Assembly: GCA_002269645.1 (NCBI GenBank)
Contig: NIVC01003790.1
Span: 1-64,000, forward strand
Origin: Macrostomum lignano
Lineage: Eukaryota
DNA length: 64,000 nt
Direction: 5' to 3'
Below are positions 59,320-64,000 of the stretch, piece after piece. The position numbers and the translations under genes are program-made. The notes under the pieces were generated by a model. It was not told the origin of the DNA, ran no database searches, and saw nothing but the letters and a program-made list of their open reading frames with translations. Numbering within the stretch: the first letter of the stretch is position 1; every line of letters starts with the position of its first letter.

Positions 59320-59384
59320 TCTTCAACGGGTTGCCGGATTAACATTGAGCTCGGTGTTGATTGAGACTGCCGGACCGTACACCC

Positions 59385-60108
59385 GGATCTGTGAGAATAG
59401 CGGTATCCCAGCAACTGAGGATCTGGGAGAATAGCGCTATCCCAGCAACTGAGGATCTGGGAGAATAGCGGTATCCCAGCAACTGAGGATCTGGGAGAAT
59501 AGCGGTATCCCAGCAACTGAGGATCTGGGAGAATAGCGGTATCCCAGCAACTGAGGATCTGGGAGAATAGCGGTATCCCAGCAACTGAGGATCTGGGAGA
59601 ATAGCGGTATCCCAGCAACTGAGGATCTGGGAGAATAGCGCTATCCCAGCAACTGAGGATCTGGGAGAATAGCGCTATCCCAGCAACTGAGGATCTGGGA
59701 GAATAGCGGTATCCCAGCAACTGAGGATCTGGGAGAATAGCGGTATCCCAGCAACTGAGGATCTGGGAGAATAGCGGTATCCCAGCAACTGAGGATCTGG
59801 GAGAATAGCGGTATCCCAGCAACTGAGGATCTGGGAGAATAGCGGTATCCCAGCAACTGAGGATCTGGGAGAATAGCGGTATCCCAGCAACTGAGGATCT
59901 GGGAGAATAGCGCTATCCCAGCAACTGAGGATCTGGGAGAATAGCGGTATCCCAGCAACTGAGGATCTGGGAGAATAGCGGTATCCCAGCAACTGAGGAT
60001 CTGGGAGAATAGCGGTATCCCAGCAACTGAGGATCTGGGAGAATAGCGGTATCCCAGCAACTGAGGATCTGGGAGAATAGCGGTATCCCAGCAACTGAGG
60101 ATCTGGGA
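59385..60108. repeat. 34-bp minisatellite GAGAATAGCGGTATCCCAGCAACTGAGGATCTGG
   Basis: About 21 near-identical units. Confidence 0.95.
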
Positions 60109-60729
60109 GGGTGGCGGTGGGTGGCCATTCTTTGATGCCTTTTTTCAATCTAATCTTGCTAAAGTGAAATTTTATAACCAGTTAATTACCTGGAATTTTA
60201 TAATTACAGTTGGAATCTGTGTTGCTGTCGGACTCATCCAGCCTAGTTATCTAGATGGATCAAGGATTTCTCTTGCCCAGCCCCTCTGCCCAATCCCCGT
60301 CAATTTTTTTTCCATTAATCTCTCAGTTTCTAGAATAAAATCTTAAGAAGTCCGCAGAAATGAATCCGCTGGACACACACAGAGGGGTCTCACGCACGCT
60401 GTCCTCACCTTTTAGCTTAATTCCTGGCTAATCTCCGGCCTTTGCGGACCCGCTATTTCTGGGGGGGGGGGCTGTCCTCGTAGCCTTTGACTTTTAATTA
60501 ACTCCCGGGCTCATCAACGAGTCAGTTTTGGGATGAAGGATTAAACAGATATTAATTTGCCGAATGTCTTAATTATTCAGTATTTTCCAACTTTAATCTG
60601 CTTTGTTTACAGATCAACTTGTTTTGGCTTAGTTGTATTCTTTTAGGTCCCACTTATTGACTAGATATGTATATGCCATTTTTCATTTTCAATCTTTTAT
60701 TAGTTGGTGCCATTCTGAATGAGGTAGTA

Positions 60730-62152
60730 CCATTTTGTATCTTAGATAAGGAAGAGCCATTTTGTATCTTAGATAAGGAAGAGCCATTTTGTATCTTAGA
60801 TAAGGAAGAGCCATTTTGTATCTTGGATAAGGAAGTGCCATTTTGTATCTTAGATAAGGAAGTGCCATTTTGTATCTTGGATAAGGAAGTGCCATTTTGT
60901 ATCTTAGATAAGGAAGAGCCATTTTGTATCTTAGATAAGGAAGAGCCATTTTGTATCTTAGATAAGGAAGTGCCATTTTGTATCTTAGATAAGGAAGAGC
61001 CATTTTGTATCTTAGATAAGGAAGAGCCATTTTGTATCTTAGATAAGGGAAGTGCCATTCTGTATCTTAGATAAGGAAGTGCCATTCTGTATCTTAGATA
61101 AGGAAGTGCCATTTTGTATCTTAGATAAGGAAGTGCCATTCTGTATCTTAGATAAGGAAGAGCCATTTTGTATCTTGGATAACGAGGTGCCATTCTGTAT
61201 CTTGGATAATGAAGTGCCATTTTGTATCTTGGATAATGAAGCGCCATTTTGTATCTTAGATAAGGAAGTGCCATTCTGTATCTTAGATAAGGAAGTACCA
61301 TTCTGTATCTTAGATAAGGAAGTACGATTCTGTATCTTAGATAAGGAAGAGCCATTTTGTATCTTGGATAAGGAAGTGCCATTCTGTATCTTAGATAAGG
61401 AAGTGTCATTTTGTAGCTTAGATAAGGAAGTGTCATTTTGTATCTTAGATAAGGAAGAGCCATTTTGTATCTTAGATAAGGAAGTGTCATTTTGTATCTT
61501 GGATAAGGAAGTGCCATTTTGTATCTTAGATAAGGAAGAGCCATTTTGTATCTTAGATAAGGAAGAGCCATTTTGTATCTTGGATAAGGAAGAGCCATTT
61601 TGTATCTTAGATAAGGAAGAGCCATTTTGTATCTTAGATAAGGAAGAGCCATTTTGTATCTTAGATAAGGAAGAGCCATTTTGTATCTTAGATAAGGAAG
61701 AGCCATTTTGTATCTTGGATAAGGAAGAGCCATTTTGTATCTTGGATAAGGAAGAGCCATTTTGTATCTTAGATAAGGAAGAGCCATTTTGTATCTTAGA
61801 TAAGGAAGAGCCATTTTGTATCTTAGATAAGGAAGAGCCATTTTGTATCTTAGATAAGGAAGAGCCATTTTGTATCTTAGATAAGGAAGAGCCATTTTGT
61901 ATCTTAGATAAGGAAGAGCCATTTTGTATCTTAGATAAGGAAGAGCCATTTTGTATCTTAGATAAGGAAGAGCCATTTTGTATCTTAGATAAGGAAGAGC
62001 CATTTTGTATCTTGGATAAGGAAGAGCCATTTTGTATCTTAGATAAGGAAGAGCCATTTTGTATATTGGATAAGGAAGTGCCATTTTGTATCTTGGATAA
62101 GGAAGTGCCATTTTGTATCTTGGATAAGGAAGTGCCATTTTGTAGCTTGGAT
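60730..62152. repeat. 27-bp minisatellite CCATTTTGTATCTTAGATAAGGAAGAG
   Basis: About 52 units ending about 85 bp upstream of the kinesin ATG. Confidence 0.95.
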
Positions 62153-62237
62153 TAGCAACATAAGCTGGATTTCGCAGAGGTAGCCAGTCCGCACACCGAA
62201 GCCCCCTGCACATGCAGCTCAGCCACCAGACGAGGCG

Positions 62238-62571
62238 ATGAACATTGACGTAATCGGTCGTGTCCGGCCGTCCATCCGAAACGAGGGCCCCTGCACCCTG
62301 GCCATCGGCTCGGACAACCGGGTGTCATCTCGGCCGGGCGGCCAGTCATTCGTGTTCCAGCACCTGTACCAGCAAGGTTCCAGCAATTTAGACGTCTACA
62401 GTCGGCACGTGGAACCGATGGTGGACATTTTCCTGGCTGGCTACAATGTCTGCTTCATGTGCTTCGGCGAGAGCGGCTCGGGAAAGAGCTTCACCTTGGC
62501 TGGCGATTCGTCTATGAAAAATGGCCTGGTGCCTCTGGTGCTGGCCTCTCTGTTTGCCAAGCTGGACCCAG
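62238..62571 (+). CDS. Kinesin motor-domain protein, first coding exon (gene continues downstream)
   Basis: MNIDVIGRVRP (beta-1 IxVxxRxRP), FVFQHLY, GYNVCFMCFGESGSGKSFTL P-loop. Donor CAG|GTGAGA after 62571; in-frame TAG upstream at 62181. Confidence 0.85.
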
Positions 62572-62624
62572 GTGAGACTGCTGAGTCACTGCCAATTCTT
62601 GGTGGGCAATTCTTGATGAGCGAT

Positions 62625-62780
62625 TTATGATGGGCGATTTTTGATAAACGATTTTTTATAGACGCTTCTTGGTGAGCGATTCTCAGTGAGCGATTCTCAG
62701 TGAGCGATTCTCAGTGAGCGATTCTCAGTGAGCGATTCTCAATGAGCGATACTCACTGAGCCATTCTAAATGAGCGATTC
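62625..62780 (+). repeat. 14-bp intronic repeat GTGAGCGATTCTCA
   Basis: Tandem units just after the kinesin donor site. Confidence 0.85.
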
Positions 62781-63294
62781 TCAATGGTCAACTATTCTAT
62801 CTGCAAATACTATGCTTAAATATGTGCTCACCCAGTTCTCTGCTTACAAATGTCTCTAACTATCACATTCATGTAGCAATGCACGTTTAACTTTAATAGA
62901 ATGCTATATTTATTTTTGACAACTGACTAACTTCATTAGTTAGCCCATGCATGCTATAATTGAAACTGAAAAACTAATTTGTCATTTTCAGCCGATATTC
63001 TTCCCGGACGCAGTGAGTAAAGCGATAATTGTCATTTCTATTTATAACACGGTGATGGCCAAAAATCTCTGATGGAAATGGCGTTTTCATTTTTTTAGTT
63101 TACAATAATTTTCTGTCTGATGCGTACCAGCTGGAATGGCACTGCCAATGCGATTGCTAATGCGCCACTGTTTCTGTCTGTGCCATCAATGCCCCACCTG
63201 CCATTGTGTTCCACTTTTCCTCTGCCTGTTAGGTTGCTGCTGTTTTTGTCTCAATTTTATTCTATTTTATATAGTCTGTCCTTGTGTATATCTT

Positions 63295-63800
63295 CTGTCA
63301 CCTTATCTACCTCATCTGTCTCCTTATCTACCTCACGTGTCTCCTTATCTACCTCACCTGTCTCCTTATCTACCTCACCTGTCTCCTTATCTACCTCAAG
63401 TGTCTCCTTATCTACCTCACCTGTCTCCTTATCTACCTCACCTGTCTCCTTATCAACCTCACCTGTCTCCTTATCTACCTCAAGTGTCTCCTTATCTACC
63501 TCACCTGTCTCCTTATCTACCTCACGTGTCTCCTTATCTACCTGAAGTGTCTCCTTATCTACCTCACCTATCTCCTTATCTACCTCACCTGTCTCCTTAT
63601 CTACCTCATCTATCTCCTTATCTACCTCACGTGTCTCCTTATCTACCTCACCTGTCTCCTTATCTACCTCACCTATCTCCTTATCTACCTCACGTGTCTC
63701 CTTATCTACCTCACCTATCTCCTTATCTACCTCACCTATCTCCTTATCTACCTCACCTGTCTCTTTATCTACTTCACAGTTCCCTTATCTACCTTATCTA
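63295..63800 (+). repeat. 21-bp intronic minisatellite TCTCCTTATCTACCTCACCTG
   Basis: Pyrimidine-rich tandem array downstream of kinesin exon 1. Confidence 0.93.
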
Positions 63801-64000
63801 TCTCCTTATTTCCCTCACCTGTCTTCTTAGCTACCTATTCTTCCCTCTTATCTACCTTATGTTTTCTTTCATCTGTAGCAAAATAATTGCGATAGATAAT
63901 CAAAGATTTCCTCAGTACAATACTCAGGCCTTAGTCAAGCCTTAATTGCTGGCTAATAAGTCTCTTAGCACAAAAAAAGGCAATTTCGAATCCTCCTTTG

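Noticed and set aside
60654-62213. 519-aa (KMALPYLRY)n and 367-aa (EEPFCILDK)n ORFs
   Set aside because: A 27-bp unit is a multiple of 3 and stop-free by chance. The + ORF stops at 62155 and does not join the kinesin.

Overview
This is eukaryotic (metazoan) DNA: GC-rich exons, GT-AG introns largely filled with 14-48 bp minisatellites, and many transposon remnants. The style suggests the flatworm Macrostomum; that is an inference I cannot confirm here. Host genes I can support: a 4-exon FAM193-family gene (24834-30222, +), a secreted C-type lectin + PAN/apple protein (46953-48340, -), a PKA type-II regulatory subunit (52375-54215, +), the first exon of a kinesin (62238-62571, +), and a frame-broken poly-Q gene (about 1-2194, -). 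The centrepiece is a young 10.8 kb Gypsy LTR retrotransposon (35633-46469, -) with apparently identical 981 bp LTRs and an ACTT target-site duplication. It hides a non-env third ORF of 370 aa directly after pol. That ORF is visible only after excising a nested 5'-truncated RNase H-bearing LINE. Its LTRs also carry an internal perfect tRNA-Leu primer-binding site. Other notable elements are head-to-tail Helitrons carrying minisatellite arrays and a Pol III cassette, a TTAA-flanked foldback element, a nested-palindrome MITE, tRNA-derived SINEs, an intron bounded by an 11-nt direct repeat, an intronic array of AG|GT splice-site-like units, and a 52-aa signal-peptide/KR prepropeptide missed by the ORF track. 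There are no rRNA genes, bona fide tRNA genes or CRISPR arrays. All coordinates, counts and alignments were made by eye.
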